Shown: positions 18,921 through 28,254 of the stretch, piece after piece
How the letters are laid out: each line of letters begins with the position of its first letter
Numbering within the stretch: position 1 is the first letter of the stretch
Assembly: GCA_035638695.1 (NCBI GenBank)
Contig: DASQZM010000008.1
Span: forward strand, 252 to 64,251
Length of the DNA stretch: 64,000 bases
Reading direction: 5' to 3'
Origin: Gammaproteobacteria bacterium
GTDB lineage: Bacteria; Pseudomonadota; Gammaproteobacteria; UBA5335; SLRW01
The notes under the pieces: model-generated
Database searches by the model: none
The model's input: the letters and a program-made list of their open reading frames with translations, nothing else
What the model was told of the DNA's origin: nothing
Program-made: the position numbers and the translations under genes

Positions 18921-19922
18921 TCAGAGCCACGGCAGCGGCGGCGCATCCATCAGGGCGAGTTGCTCGCGCAGGGCAACGACCTGCTCCTGCCAGTAACGCG
19001 CGCTGCCGAACCAGGGAAAGGCCCGTGGAAACGCGGGGTCGTTCCACCGCTGCGCGAGCCACGCGCTATGATGGAGCATGCGCAAGGTGCGCAGGGCTTC
19101 CACCAGGTGCAGCTCCGCCGGGTCGAAATCCCGGAATTCCGTGTATCCCGCCAGCACGTGTCCGAGCTGGATGGCCATGGCTTCGCGGTCACCCGAGAGC
19201 AGCATCCACAGGTCCTGCATGGCCGGGCCGCCGCGGCAGTCGTCCAGGTCGACGAAGTGGGGTCCGCGGCCGGTCCAGAGGATGTTGCCGGGGTGACAGT
19301 CCCCGTGCAGGCGGATGCGGGCGAAATCGCCGGCGCGTTGAAACGCCCCGGCGGCCGCCTCGAGCGCCGCGGCGCTGATCGACGCCCAGGCCTCGCGCAC
19401 CTCCGGCAACAGCATCAGGCTGTCCAGCAGGTGGCGGCGGGAGGCATGGCCGAAGCTTTCGAGGTCCAGCGACGGCCGGTGGTGAAACGGACGCACCGCG
19501 CCCACGGCGTGGATGCGCCCGATAAAGCGGCCCAGCCATTGCAAGTGCCCGGGTGACTCGAGCTCCGGCGGGTGACCGCCGCGTCGGGGAAACACCGCGA
19601 ACCGGAACCCCTGCCAGCGGTGCAGGCTGATGCCGTCGGCATCGCGTAGTGGCGCCACCACCGGGATTTCCAGCGCATCCAGCTCGAAGCCGAAAGCGTG
19701 TTCTTCCAGGATCGCCTGGTCGCTCCAGCGCCCGGGGCGGTAGAACTTGACGACCACCGGTTCCGTGTCCTCCAGGCCCACCTGGAAAACGCGGTTCTCG
19801 TAGCTGTTGAGGGCCAGCAGGCGGCCGTCGCAGCGCACCCCCGTGGTTTCCACGGCGTCCAGGATCAGGGAGGGCTGCAGCGTGTCGTAGGGGTGTCCCG
19901 CGGTATCCTGCGGCATGCTCAT
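18921..19922 (-). CDS. srkA: stress response serine/threonine kinase (YihE/RdoA family)
   Basis: LNSYENRVFQVGLEDTEPVVVKFYRPGRWS and HGDCHPGNILW motifs. Start taken at MSMPQDTAG. Confidence 0.85.
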   Translation of the reverse strand: MSMPQDTAGHPYDTLQPSLILDAVETTGVRCDGRLLALNSYENRVFQVGLEDTEPVVVKFYRPGRWSDQAILEEHAFGFELDALEIPVVAPLRDADGISLHRWQGFRFAVFPRRGGHPPELESPGHLQWLGRFIGRIHAVGAVRPFHHRPSLDLESFGHASRRHLLDSLMLLPEVREAWASISAAALEAAAGAFQRAGDFARIRLHGDCHPGNILWTGRGPHFVDLDDCRGGPAMQDLWMLLSGDREAMAIQLGHVLAGYTEFRDFDPAELHLVEALRTLRMLHHSAWLAQRWNDPAFPRAFPWFGSARYWQEQVVALREQLALMDAPPLPWL

Positions 19923-20044
19923 CTTCGGTTCGGCTCCCGGCGTGAAGGGCCCCGGCGCCCACCCGGCGGCGGGCGGGGCCGCGCGACCTGCCGCTGTCCG
20001 CCAAGGGTACGATATCCGCGGCAGGTGGGACAGGGCGGCGCAAC

Positions 20045-20911
20045 TTGACGCCGTGGCCCGCGCCATTGTGTAGTCGGGACGTGGACACCAACTATCCTTC
20101 GCGCATCGTCTGCCTTACCGAGGAGAGCACCGAGACCCTCTACCTCCTCGGCGAGCAGGACCGCATCGTGGGCATCTCCGGGTTCACCGTGCGCCCGCCC
20201 CGGGCGCGCAGGGAGAAGCCAAAGGTGTCCGCCTTCACCAGCGCCCGCATCGAGCGCATCGTCGCGCTTGCGCCGGACCTGGCGATCGGCTTTTCGGACC
20301 TGCAGGCCGACATCGCCGCGGAGCTGATCCGCCGCGGTGTCGAGGTACACCTGTTCAACCAGCGCTCGGTCGCGGATATCCTGCGCATGATCCGGACGTT
20401 GGGCGGGATGATCGGCAACGGGGCGGCGGCCGCAGCGCTGGCGGAACAGCTCGAGTCGGGGCTCGAGAGCATACGCGCCGCGGCTGCGCGGCTTCCGCGC
20501 CGGCCGCGGGTCTACTTCGAGGAATGGGACGATCCCTGTATCTCCGGCATCCGTTGGGTTTCCGAGCTGATCGGGATCGCCGGCGGCGAGGACTGTTTCC
20601 CCGAGCTCGCGGCACAGCCCCTGGGGCGGGACCGGATCATCCCCGATCCGGTCGAGATCGCGCGCCGGGCGCCGGATATCGTCGTGGGGTCCTGGTGCGG
20701 CAAGAAGTTCCGTCCGGAGCGCGTGGCCGCGCGGCCCGGCTGGCAGTCGATCCCGGCCGTGCGCAGCGGTAACCTGCACGAGCTGAAATCGTCCGAGATC
20801 CTGCAGCCCGGCCCGGCCGCCCTGACCGACGGGGTGCGGGCGTTGCACGACGTCATCCGGCGGTGGGCGCTGGAGGACGGTGGCGAGGTGACCGGGACGG
20901 GCAATAGATAG
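20045..20911 (+). CDS. cobalamin/siderophore-type periplasmic-binding-fold protein (BtuF-like), no obvious signal peptide
   Basis: RIVCLTEESTETLYLLGEQDRIVGISGF pattern. Start is uncertain (TTG 20045 or GTG 20081). Confidence 0.7.
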   Translation: MTPWPAPLCSRDVDTNYPSRIVCLTEESTETLYLLGEQDRIVGISGFTVRPPRARREKPKVSAFTSARIERIVALAPDLAIGFSDLQADIAAELIRRGVEVHLFNQRSVADILRMIRTLGGMIGNGAAAAALAEQLESGLESIRAAAARLPRRPRVYFEEWDDPCISGIRWVSELIGIAGGEDCFPELAAQPLGRDRIIPDPVEIARRAPDIVVGSWCGKKFRPERVAARPGWQSIPAVRSGNLHELKSSEILQPGPAALTDGVRALHDVIRRWALEDGGEVTGTGNR

Positions 20912-20984
20912 GCGCAACACGGCCAGTGTTGGCAGTTCGACGCCTGCAGCAGAACGATCCAGCCTCGCGGAGGAGACCAGAGCA

Positions 20985-22391
20985 ATGCAGACGTCGGCCG
21001 GCGGCCGCCTCGCGGGGGCGGTCACAGGTTACGCCAGGCCGGGCTATGCCCGGTATGTCCTGGCCATCCTGCTCCTCGCCTATATCCTGTCCTTCGTGGA
21101 CCGCCAGGTCCTGAACCTGCTGGTGGTCCCGATCGAGCACGATCTGGGTATCAACGATACCCAGATGAGCCTGTTGCAGGGTTTCTCCTTCGCGATCTTC
21201 TACGCGATCATGGGCCTGCCGATCGCGCGCCTGGTGGACGCCCGCAGCCGGCGCGGTATCATCGGCCTGGGCATCCTTTGCTGGAGCGTAATGACCGCTG
21301 CGTGCGGGTTGGCGCGCAACTTCTGGCACATGTTCTTCGCCCGCATCGGCGTCGGCGTGGGCGAGGCGGCGCTACTGCCGGGCGCGACCTCGCTGGTGGC
21401 CGACTACTTCCCGCCCGAGCGCCACGGCCGCGCCATGGGAGTATTCGCGACCGGCATCTTCCTGGGTGCGGGTGTTGCGCTGATCGCCGGCGGCGTGCTG
21501 CTCAAGTACCTTTCCGGGGCCACCGTGGCCCTGCCGCTGCTCGGCAGCGTGTTTTCCTGGCAGCTGGTGTTCTTCGTCGTGGGCCTGCCGGGCGTGCTGG
21601 TGGCGCTGCTCATGGCCAGCGTGCGCGAGCCGCCGCGGCATGGCGCGGCGCTGCCCGATGGAGGGCAGGCGAGCGTGCCGGTCCGGGAGGTGGCCCGCTA
21701 CATCGGGCAGAACTGGCGTACCTTCGTCGCGCACAACCTCGGGTTCTCCGTGCTCTCGCTGGTCTCCTACGGCGCCGGCGCCTGGATCCCGACGTTCTTC
21801 ATCCGGACTTACGGCTGGAGCGCGGCCGACGCCGGCATCCGTTTCGGCCTCCTCGCGCTGGCGCTGGGGCCATTCGGGGCGGTTGCCGGCGGCTGGCTCG
21901 CCGACCGGTTTGCTCAGCGCGGGGTGCGCCACGGCAAGCTCAAGGTCGGCGTGATCGCCGCGCTCTGTGCCATCGTGCCAGCGGCGGCGTTTCCGCTGGT
22001 CGCCAGCCCGGTGCTGTCGATCGTGCTGATCATGCCGTTCTTCTTCTTCGTCAGCTTCGTCTGGGGCGTGTCGCCGGCGGCGCTGCAGGAGCTGATGCCC
22101 AACCGCATGCGCGGCCAGGCCATCGCGCTGTACACCGGCGTGCTCAATCTGATCGGGCTGGGGCTCGGCCCGACGAGCATTGCGCTGATCACCGACTACC
22201 TGTTCCACGACCAGACCCGCATCAACGATTCCATCGCGATCGTGGCCGTGATCGGCTGCCTGGTCGCGGCGGTCCTGTTCCGGGGTGGCTTCCGGCACTA
22301 TCGGGACAGCCTCGATTATCTCGCCCAATGGAACGCACGCAAGGGCACCGCGGCGCCGGCGGGCGCCACGCACATGGGCGCGATCGAATGA
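20985..22391 (+). CDS. MFS transporter
   Basis: 468 aa, 12-TM-like. YILSFVDRQVLNLLVVPIEHDLG and MFFARIGVGVGEAALLPGA motifs. Confidence 0.85.
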   Translation: MQTSAGGRLAGAVTGYARPGYARYVLAILLLAYILSFVDRQVLNLLVVPIEHDLGINDTQMSLLQGFSFAIFYAIMGLPIARLVDARSRRGIIGLGILCWSVMTAACGLARNFWHMFFARIGVGVGEAALLPGATSLVADYFPPERHGRAMGVFATGIFLGAGVALIAGGVLLKYLSGATVALPLLGSVFSWQLVFFVVGLPGVLVALLMASVREPPRHGAALPDGGQASVPVREVARYIGQNWRTFVAHNLGFSVLSLVSYGAGAWIPTFFIRTYGWSAADAGIRFGLLALALGPFGAVAGGWLADRFAQRGVRHGKLKVGVIAALCAIVPAAAFPLVASPVLSIVLIMPFFFFVSFVWGVSPAALQELMPNRMRGQAIALYTGVLNLIGLGLGPTSIALITDYLFHDQTRINDSIAIVAVIGCLVAAVLFRGGFRHYRDSLDYLAQWNARKGTAAPAGATHMGAIE

Positions 22392-22558
22392 TCGATCCGG
22401 AGGAGCTCGCATATCTCGCCGGCGCTCTCGCGCCCGCCGACGCCGCTGTCTGTGCTTGCGCCGGGCACCCCGGGGCCGAGGCCTGCGCCCTGGCCGCCGA
22501 GCTCGGAGCAGCGCAGCCCTGGGCCGTGCGGTGCCGGCGGCTGGCGGTGGCAGGCTGA
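22388..22558 (+). CDS. possible small Cys-containing protein (56 aa), translationally coupled to the MFS gene
   Basis: ATGA start/stop overlap with the MFS gene. MIDPEELAYLAGALAPADAAVCACAGHPGAEACALAAELGAAQPWAVRC. No recognisable family. Confidence 0.3.
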   Translation: MIDPEELAYLAGALAPADAAVCACAGHPGAEACALAAELGAAQPWAVRCRRLAVAG

Positions 22559-22601
22559 ATCCGGTATCGGGACCCCCCGGAGCGGCGAGACGGGAGTCGG
22601 C

Positions 22602-23000
22602 ATGCGCTGCACCCAACAGCAGCTCTTTATGGGTGTTCGCCGCGTGCCACGGCGCAGTCCGACCGGGGCAGATCGTCTGGTTTTGCGGGGCGGCGGCCGC
22701 GGTTGTACTGGCCTGGCGCGGGGATGTCCCCAGCGACCGCTTGATCAGCGCCGTGCTGGCGCTGCTGTGGGCATGGATGGCCGTGGCGTATCATTACCTG
22801 TTCTTCGCACCGGTCAATCCCGCCGCCTAGCTGTTCGGCCTTCTGCTCGTGGTGCGCAGCCGTCGGCCGCGCTTCGTGCCGGTGGTGCCCGTGCTATGGC
22901 CGGCCACCGGGGGCAGCGCGGCGGTGCTGCTCAAGGCCCGCGCGGACACCGCGCTGCTGAACGCGCCCGGCCCCCGGATTCGCAGGCGGCCCGGGAGGCG
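22602..23000 (+). pseudogene. decayed DUF6064-like membrane protein gene (frameshift plus in-frame TAG)
   Basis: ATG 22602 gives MRCTQQQLF. After a 1-nt frame change the sequence reads VFAACHGAVRPGQIVWFCG...LALLWAWMAVAYHYLFFAPVNPAA, then TAG (22828-22830), then LFGLLLVV continues. The pattern is recalled from DUF6064 family members. The 3' limit is approximate. Confidence 0.4.
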
Positions 23001-23116
23001 TACGCTCGGTGCATTTTCGACGGCGGCGATCCGGCACCGGACGGATTCTGAGCGCGGCGTTCGCGGACGCGGCATGCCGGAAACAACGACGCTGGGCGGC
23101 GCCGCGGCTTGCCGTC

Positions 23117-24433
23117 TCATGCAGCGGGGGAGTGCGGGGCGTGGCCGGCCTCCGGCACCCCCAGCATAAGTAGCAGACCGCCGGCCAGGAACAGCAGCAC
23201 GGTGGACAGGCCGAGGCGCTGGCTGCCGCTTGCCCAGGTTACCCAGCCCACCAGCAGTGGCCCGAGGAACGCAGTGGCCTTTCCCGACAGGGCCAGCAGG
23301 CCGAACATCTCGTTGCGCAGGGCCGGCGGCGCGGTGCGCGCGAGCCAGGAGCGACTGGCGGCCTGGACCGGACCCACGAAGACTCCAAGCAGCACCCCGA
23401 ACGCCCAGAACACGGTGGCACTCCGCGCCACCAGCGCGGCGGCAGTCGCGACCAGCAGGCCGAGCAGCGAGAGGACGATGGTGAGCCGGCTGCCCAGGCG
23501 GTCGTCCACCCAGGCAAAGGCCCAGGCGCCGGCCCCCGCAGACAGGTTGAGGGCAATGCCGAACAGCAGCACCTGTTGCTCGTTCATGTCGAATCGGCCG
23601 GCGGCATAGATGCCGCCGAAGGCGAAGATGGTGGCCAGCGCATCGATGAACAGCAGCCGCGCCGCCAGGAAACGCACCAGGTGCCGGTAGGCCCGCACCC
23701 GGTGCAGGGTATCACCCAGTTGCCGGAGACCGTCGGGGACCGCCCGCCGCAGCGGCTTGCCGGTTCCGGGGGCGTCGGGGGTGAACAGCAGAAGCGGCAG
23801 TGCGAACACCGCAAACCAGCCCGCGGTGAGGACAAAGGTCGCGCGCACCGGCGCCGCGTCGGCGTGGGTGAGCCCGAACGGTGGGTGTGCAGGGCGGATG
23901 AATACCAGCAGCGCCACCGCCAGGCAGGCCAGGCCGCCGGCGTAGCCCAGCGCCCAGCCCCAGCCCGACCAGCGGCCGATGCGTTCCGGCGGCGCGAGTG
24001 CCGGGAGCATGGCGTTGTAAAAGATGCTTGCGCACTCAGTCCCGATCGTACCGACACCTACCAGAGCCAGTGCCGGGACGACCCAGGCGGGGCCGGGGCG
24101 CACATACCACAACAGCGCGGTGCTGGTCACCGCGAGCACGGTGAACGCGGCCAGCCAGGGCTTGCGCCGGCCGCTGTGGTCCGCGACCGCGCCCAGCACC
24201 GGTCCGGCCAGCGCGATCACGACGCCGGCCCCGCCGATGGTATTGCCCCATAGCGCGGTGCCCGCGGCGGGGCTGGCGGCCACGCTGCGGGTGAAATAGG
24301 CGGCGAACACGAAGGTCTGGATGAGGGCGGCGAACGCGCTGTTGGCCCAGTCGTAGAAGGCCCAGGAGAGCATGCTGCGGGTCCCGGCCGGTGCCGTGAC
24401 GTGGGTCCTGGGAGTGCTGCCGGGTGTGGGCAT
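23117..24433 (-). CDS. MFS transporter, UMF1 (Atg22-like) family
   Basis: MLSWAFYDWANSAFAALIQTFVFAAYF is diagnostic. Start taken at MPTPGSTP with a GAGGAGG RBS. Confidence 0.85.
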   Translation of the reverse strand: MPTPGSTPRTHVTAPAGTRSMLSWAFYDWANSAFAALIQTFVFAAYFTRSVAASPAAGTALWGNTIGGAGVVIALAGPVLGAVADHSGRRKPWLAAFTVLAVTSTALLWYVRPGPAWVVPALALVGVGTIGTECASIFYNAMLPALAPPERIGRWSGWGWALGYAGGLACLAVALLVFIRPAHPPFGLTHADAAPVRATFVLTAGWFAVFALPLLLFTPDAPGTGKPLRRAVPDGLRQLGDTLHRVRAYRHLVRFLAARLLFIDALATIFAFGGIYAAGRFDMNEQQVLLFGIALNLSAGAGAWAFAWVDDRLGSRLTIVLSLLGLLVATAAALVARSATVFWAFGVLLGVFVGPVQAASRSWLARTAPPALRNEMFGLLALSGKATAFLGPLLVGWVTWASGSQRLGLSTVLLFLAGGLLLMLGVPEAGHAPHSPAA

Positions 24434-24451
24434 CGTCTCGCCAACCTCCTC

Positions 24452-24690
24452 GGGGGTATGGTCAGGCTTTACAGCCGCGGGGTGCTTTGCCGGGCGCGCG
24501 CGTGCGCGGCCCGGTGGCGCCACGCCAGGCGCACACGATACCGCCGGCGGCGCGCGCGGCTTCCTGCGGGCGCTGCCTGGGCCGCCGCGGACGGCGGTGG
24601 TCGTCGGCCGTCTAGCGCCACTACACCCCGTGCTCGCGCCTTGCCGCGATGGCGCGGCCAGTCGCCCGGGGCTGACAATACCCCGGAAAA
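24452..24690 (+). repeat. degenerate copy G of the MITE-like repeat family
   Basis: GGACGGCGGTGGTCGTCGGCCGTCTAGCGCC...GTGCTCGCGCCTTGCC aligns with GGACGGCGCTGCTCGTCGGTCGTGTAGCGCC...GCTGCTCGCGCCTTGCC of copy D. Left end is GGTCAGGCTTTACAGCC. The right end is eroded, so limits are approximate. Confidence 0.4.
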
Positions 24691-24841
24691 GCACGGTTTT
24701 TACCAGAGAACGGCCCGGCGGGGAACCGCGGCGTGAGCCGGCCCCGTTTCGCGGCGACCGCAGCAAGACCTTATACTCCGGCCATCACTCCGCACGGCCA
24801 CGCCGCCGGTAGGCCGTGCCGTCGCACGAGGGAGGTTATCC

Positions 24842-25852
24842 ATGAAGGTATTCCAGATCCAGGACGATTTTGGCATCGACAACCTGCGCGCGGTCGAGCG
24901 CGAGGCGCGTCACCCCGGGCCCGGCGAGGTACGTATCCGGGTGCGGGCCTCCTCACTCAACTTCCGCGACCTGATGACGGTGCAGGGCAGCTATAACCCG
25001 CGCCAGAAGCTGCCGCTGATCCCCCTGTCGGACGGTGCCGGCGAGGTGCTCGAGGTCGGTGAGGGCGTCACGCGCGTGGCCGCCGGCGACCGCGTCGCCG
25101 GGATCTTCGCCCAGAACTGGCTCGCCGGCGGAGCCGAGCAGGCGTCCCGCGGCTCCACCCTGGGTGGCCCCAACGATGGCATGCTGGCCGAGGAAGTGGT
25201 GCTGCACGAGGACGGCGTGGTCAAGCTCCCCGCGCACCTGAGTTTCGAGGAGGCCGCGACTCTGCCCTGTGCCGGGGTCACGGCGTGGAACGCGCTGGTC
25301 ACCGGCGGCGGCATCAAGGCCGGCGACACCGTGTTGCTGCTCGGCACCGGCGGGGTCTCGATCTTCGGGCTGCAGTTCTCGGGTCTGTGTGGGGCCCGCG
25401 CCATCGTCACCTCCAGCAGCGACGAGAAGCTGGAGCGGGCGCGCGAGCTCGGCGCCTGGCAGACGATCAACTACCGTCAGAACGAACGCTGGCACAAGCA
25501 GGTGCAAGAGCTGACCGGCGGCCGCGGGGCGGACCACGTGGTCGAGGTCGGCGGCGCCGGGACCCTGATGAAGTCTCTCGGGTCGGTGCGCGTGGGCGGC
25601 ACGGTGACCATGATCGGCGTGCTCTCCGGGGTGAGCACCGAGCTGGACGTGCGCGCCCTGCTGATGCGCAGCGTGCGCCTGCAGGGGCTGTTCGTCGGCA
25701 GCCGCGCGATGTTCGAGGACATGAACGCCGCGATCGACCACCACGGGATGCGCCCGGTGATCGACCGCGTGTTCGACTTCGACCAGGCGCCGGAAGCGTT
25801 CCGCTACATGGGCGAAGGGCAGCATTTCGGCAAGATCGTGATCCGGCACTGA
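24842..25852 (+). CDS. NAD(P)H-quinone oxidoreductase / zinc-type alcohol dehydrogenase family
   Basis: 336 aa. MDR fold with LLLGTGGVSIFGLQF Rossmann motif. GGAGG RBS. Confidence 0.9.
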   Translation: MKVFQIQDDFGIDNLRAVEREARHPGPGEVRIRVRASSLNFRDLMTVQGSYNPRQKLPLIPLSDGAGEVLEVGEGVTRVAAGDRVAGIFAQNWLAGGAEQASRGSTLGGPNDGMLAEEVVLHEDGVVKLPAHLSFEEAATLPCAGVTAWNALVTGGGIKAGDTVLLLGTGGVSIFGLQFSGLCGARAIVTSSSDEKLERARELGAWQTINYRQNERWHKQVQELTGGRGADHVVEVGGAGTLMKSLGSVRVGGTVTMIGVLSGVSTELDVRALLMRSVRLQGLFVGSRAMFEDMNAAIDHHGMRPVIDRVFDFDQAPEAFRYMGEGQHFGKIVIRH

Positions 25853-25879
25853 GCGTCAAAGCCGGGCTGCTGCTGCGGC

Positions 25880-26632
25880 TCAGTGCGGCCGGACCGTGGC
25901 CCGTACCCGGCCCTCGCGGTCGACGATCCGGATGCTGCGGTACCCGCCGCGTGGCACCTGCAGCAGGAGGCAAAGACGGGTGATCAGCCGCGCCCGGGCC
26001 GCGCCCGGGCGCGGGGTGATCCAGTTCACGCGCAGGCTCGCGCTGGCGTGGCGCACGGGCAGGAACCCGCCCGCCAGCGCGAGCCGGTAGCCGCCCGTCG
26101 GGCGGCGCCCCATCGAGACCAGGACCACCCCGTAGCGACGGAAGTCGACCGCCGGCGGCGGCCGCCGGGTGCCGTGGATCCGCTGCCATGTCGCCTGCAG
26201 GCCCGCGCGGCCGTCGATCCAGGAGGCCGACGGCCCGGCGGCGGCACCGCCGCACTGGCTCGCGGCAGCCAGCACGCGGACGGACTGCGGCGCCGTCCGG
26301 ATCGTGCGGGCCGGTGCGTCCGTGGCGCGGTAGACGTAGTCCGGCTGCGCGTGAGCGACGTCGGCCCGGGCGCTCCAGGCGCTGACGGCCCGCGCGGCGC
26401 TGGTGCCTGCGGGCAGCCGGACACGGGTCATGCGCAGGGCGGCGACGTGCAGCTCCAGGCGGCCCCCCAGCGCCTGCACCGCCTGCTCTCGCGCTGCGTT
26501 GGTGGCGGTGCGGCGGAACCGCACCAGGATCTGGCCGGGGACGAAGTCCCTGCCGGGCTTGCCGTAGGAGGCCGCCCGGACCAGGCCGGGGACCAGGCAC
26601 AGGATCAGGACGACCAGCTCCAACCGCTTCAT
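25880..26632 (-). CDS. secreted protein: subtilase-propeptide (inhibitor I9)-like domain fused to a PrcB C-terminal-like domain
   Basis: Signal peptide MKRLELVVLILCLVPGLVRAAS. GQILVRF...VAHAQPDYVYRA resembles S8 propeptides. VLVSMGRRPTGGYRLAL resembles the PrcB_C motif. Confidence 0.65.
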   Translation of the reverse strand: MKRLELVVLILCLVPGLVRAASYGKPGRDFVPGQILVRFRRTATNAAREQAVQALGGRLELHVAALRMTRVRLPAGTSAARAVSAWSARADVAHAQPDYVYRATDAPARTIRTAPQSVRVLAAASQCGGAAAGPSASWIDGRAGLQATWQRIHGTRRPPPAVDFRRYGVVLVSMGRRPTGGYRLALAGGFLPVRHASASLRVNWITPRPGAARARLITRLCLLLQVPRGGYRSIRIVDREGRVRATVRPH

Positions 26633-27054
26633 GGCACCTTCACCGGCGCCGGGGCGGATAGGGCGCTGGTGCTGCCGCCGCTTCCGCCCGGCGGCGTAAG
26701 TGTGGAGTAGGCCTGCACCCGGATGGTCCAGGAGCCGCTGCCGAGGTCGAGCGTGGCCGACGTCGGCGCCTTGCTGGAGCCTGCCTGGAACGGCACGTCG
26801 GCTTCGCCGACGCGCCGGTCACCGGGCTGGAACGACGGGTCCCGGCTGTAGAATACGTGGTAGTCGCCGCCGGGGCTGTTGACGGCAGCCTCGGGACTGG
26901 CGTTCCAGGAAACCCGGACCGCGTGCCTGGCAGCGCCGCTCCCACCGCACCCGGCCAGAACGAGGGCGAGCATAAGGAAAGCGCAGGCCAGGTATTCCTT
27001 CCGGGGTGCCGCTGGAGCGCCGGATTCCCGACCGCCGCGGGCGATTTCGTGCAT
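26629..27054 (-). CDS. putative lipoprotein, beta-rich (FN3-like)
   Basis: Lipobox LVLAGC. ATGA overlap with the downstream gene. Start is uncertain because the n-region is long. Confidence 0.55.
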   Translation of the reverse strand: MHEIARGGRESGAPAAPRKEYLACAFLMLALVLAGCGGSGAARHAVRVSWNASPEAAVNSPGGDYHVFYSRDPSFQPGDRRVGEADVPFQAGSSKAPTSATLDLGSGSWTIRVQAYSTLTPPGGSGGSTSALSAPAPVKVP

Positions 27055-27537
27055 TCAGTGCTGGTGATCCCCCGGGTCGTGCGCGTGGCCGTGCTCCAGC
27101 TCTTCCTGGGTGGCCGCCCGCACCTCGCGTACGGTCACGTCGAAGTTGAGCGTCTGCCCCGCCAGCGGATGGTTGGCATCGACGGTGACGTCATCCCCGT
27201 CGATGCCGACGATGGTGACCACGCGCGTCCCGTCGGGAGTGCTGGCCTGGAACTGCATCCCGACCTCCAGCTCCGGGGCGCCCTCGAACTGTTCACCCGA
27301 GACCACCGCCTGCAGGCCGTCCTGGTGGTTGCCGTACGCATCCTCCGGGGGCACGGTCACGTTCATCTGCGCGCCCTCCGCGTGCCCCTCCAGCGCGGAT
27401 TCCAGCCCGGGAATCAGGGTGCCCGCGCCGTGCAGGTAGGCGAGCGGCTCCCGGCCCTCCGAGCTGTCCAGTGTCTGACCCTGGTCGTCGGTCAGGGTGT
27501 AGTCGAGGGTGACAACCGTGTCTTTGGCGATCTGCAT
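27055..27537 (-). CDS. slyD: FKBP-type peptidyl-prolyl cis-trans isomerase with His-rich tail
   Basis: MQIAKDTVVTLDYTLTDDQGQTLDSS...LAYLHGAGTLIPGLE. C-terminal HGHAHDPGDHQH. Confidence 0.9.
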   Translation of the reverse strand: MQIAKDTVVTLDYTLTDDQGQTLDSSEGREPLAYLHGAGTLIPGLESALEGHAEGAQMNVTVPPEDAYGNHQDGLQAVVSGEQFEGAPELEVGMQFQASTPDGTRVVTIVGIDGDDVTVDANHPLAGQTLNFDVTVREVRAATQEELEHGHAHDPGDHQH

Positions 27538-27643
27538 AAATATTGGATCCGGGTCGTGATGTGGGAACGGGTTCGTGCATGCCCAGTCTACGCGGGCCCG
27601 GGTGCGGCTCCAAGGCCATCCGCGGCGCCGTGGCGCCGGGCCG

Positions 27644-28183
27644 CTAAAGAATTCCCCCGGCGCTGGAGTCGATCTCGGGCAGGTCTTCCCAGATCAGCTC
27701 CCCGACCCGTTCCTGGAGAAAGCGCGCGTGCCGGGAATCCGGACCGAAGGTGCGCACCACCGAAACCAGGAAATGGATGCCCAGCGTGGTCGGCGCGCCC
27801 AGCCAGACATCCTCGAGGCGATCGATGGGGTTGGCGTCCTCCTCGGCGAAGCGGGGTGTGTTCTCGCGCAGCGTGGACATGGCGTAGATCTGGTGCCGGT
27901 ACACGAAGAAGCAGCGTGCCCCCTCCCCGGAGCAGCAAACCAGCGGGAAACGTGCCGCCACCCGGGGATCGCGCAGGTTGTGCGCGGCCCATTCAGTACT
28001 CTCGTGGCGCCAGTCGGCGAAGGCATCGTTGAACGCCGCGATGATCAAGGCGGCATTACGGGGCAGCGTCGGAGCGGGGCGGTTGGCGTTGAAGAAGCCA
28101 CGTGCGGTCGCGGAAAGCTCGCCGCGGAAGACGTCGATATGGAACGCCTTGAGCTGCTTGCCGAGTTCCTCGATCAGGTCCAT
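27644..28183 (-). CDS. hypothetical protein (179 aa), no family recognised
   Basis: AGGAGG RBS 7 nt before ATG 28183 (MDLIEELGKQL). Coding-like composition. Same strand as the Sir2 gene, 72 nt downstream of it. Confidence 0.6.
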   Translation of the reverse strand: MDLIEELGKQLKAFHIDVFRGELSATARGFFNANRPAPTLPRNAALIIAAFNDAFADWRHESTEWAAHNLRDPRVAARFPLVCCSGEGARCFFVYRHQIYAMSTLRENTPRFAEEDANPIDRLEDVWLGAPTTLGIHFLVSVVRTFGPDSRHARFLQERVGELIWEDLPEIDSSAGGIL

Positions 28184-28254
28184 GCCGGGCCTCCTGTCAT
28201 TATGCGTTATGGTGCCCCCTGGCATTCACACAGTACCCCCGGGTGCGGGTGGCG

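Noticed and set aside
19923-20080. Looked for a cobalamin riboswitch upstream of the BtuF-like binding-protein gene.
   Set aside because: There is no B12 box or conserved GGGAA/GGTGAAA core, and the region is short and unstructured by eye.
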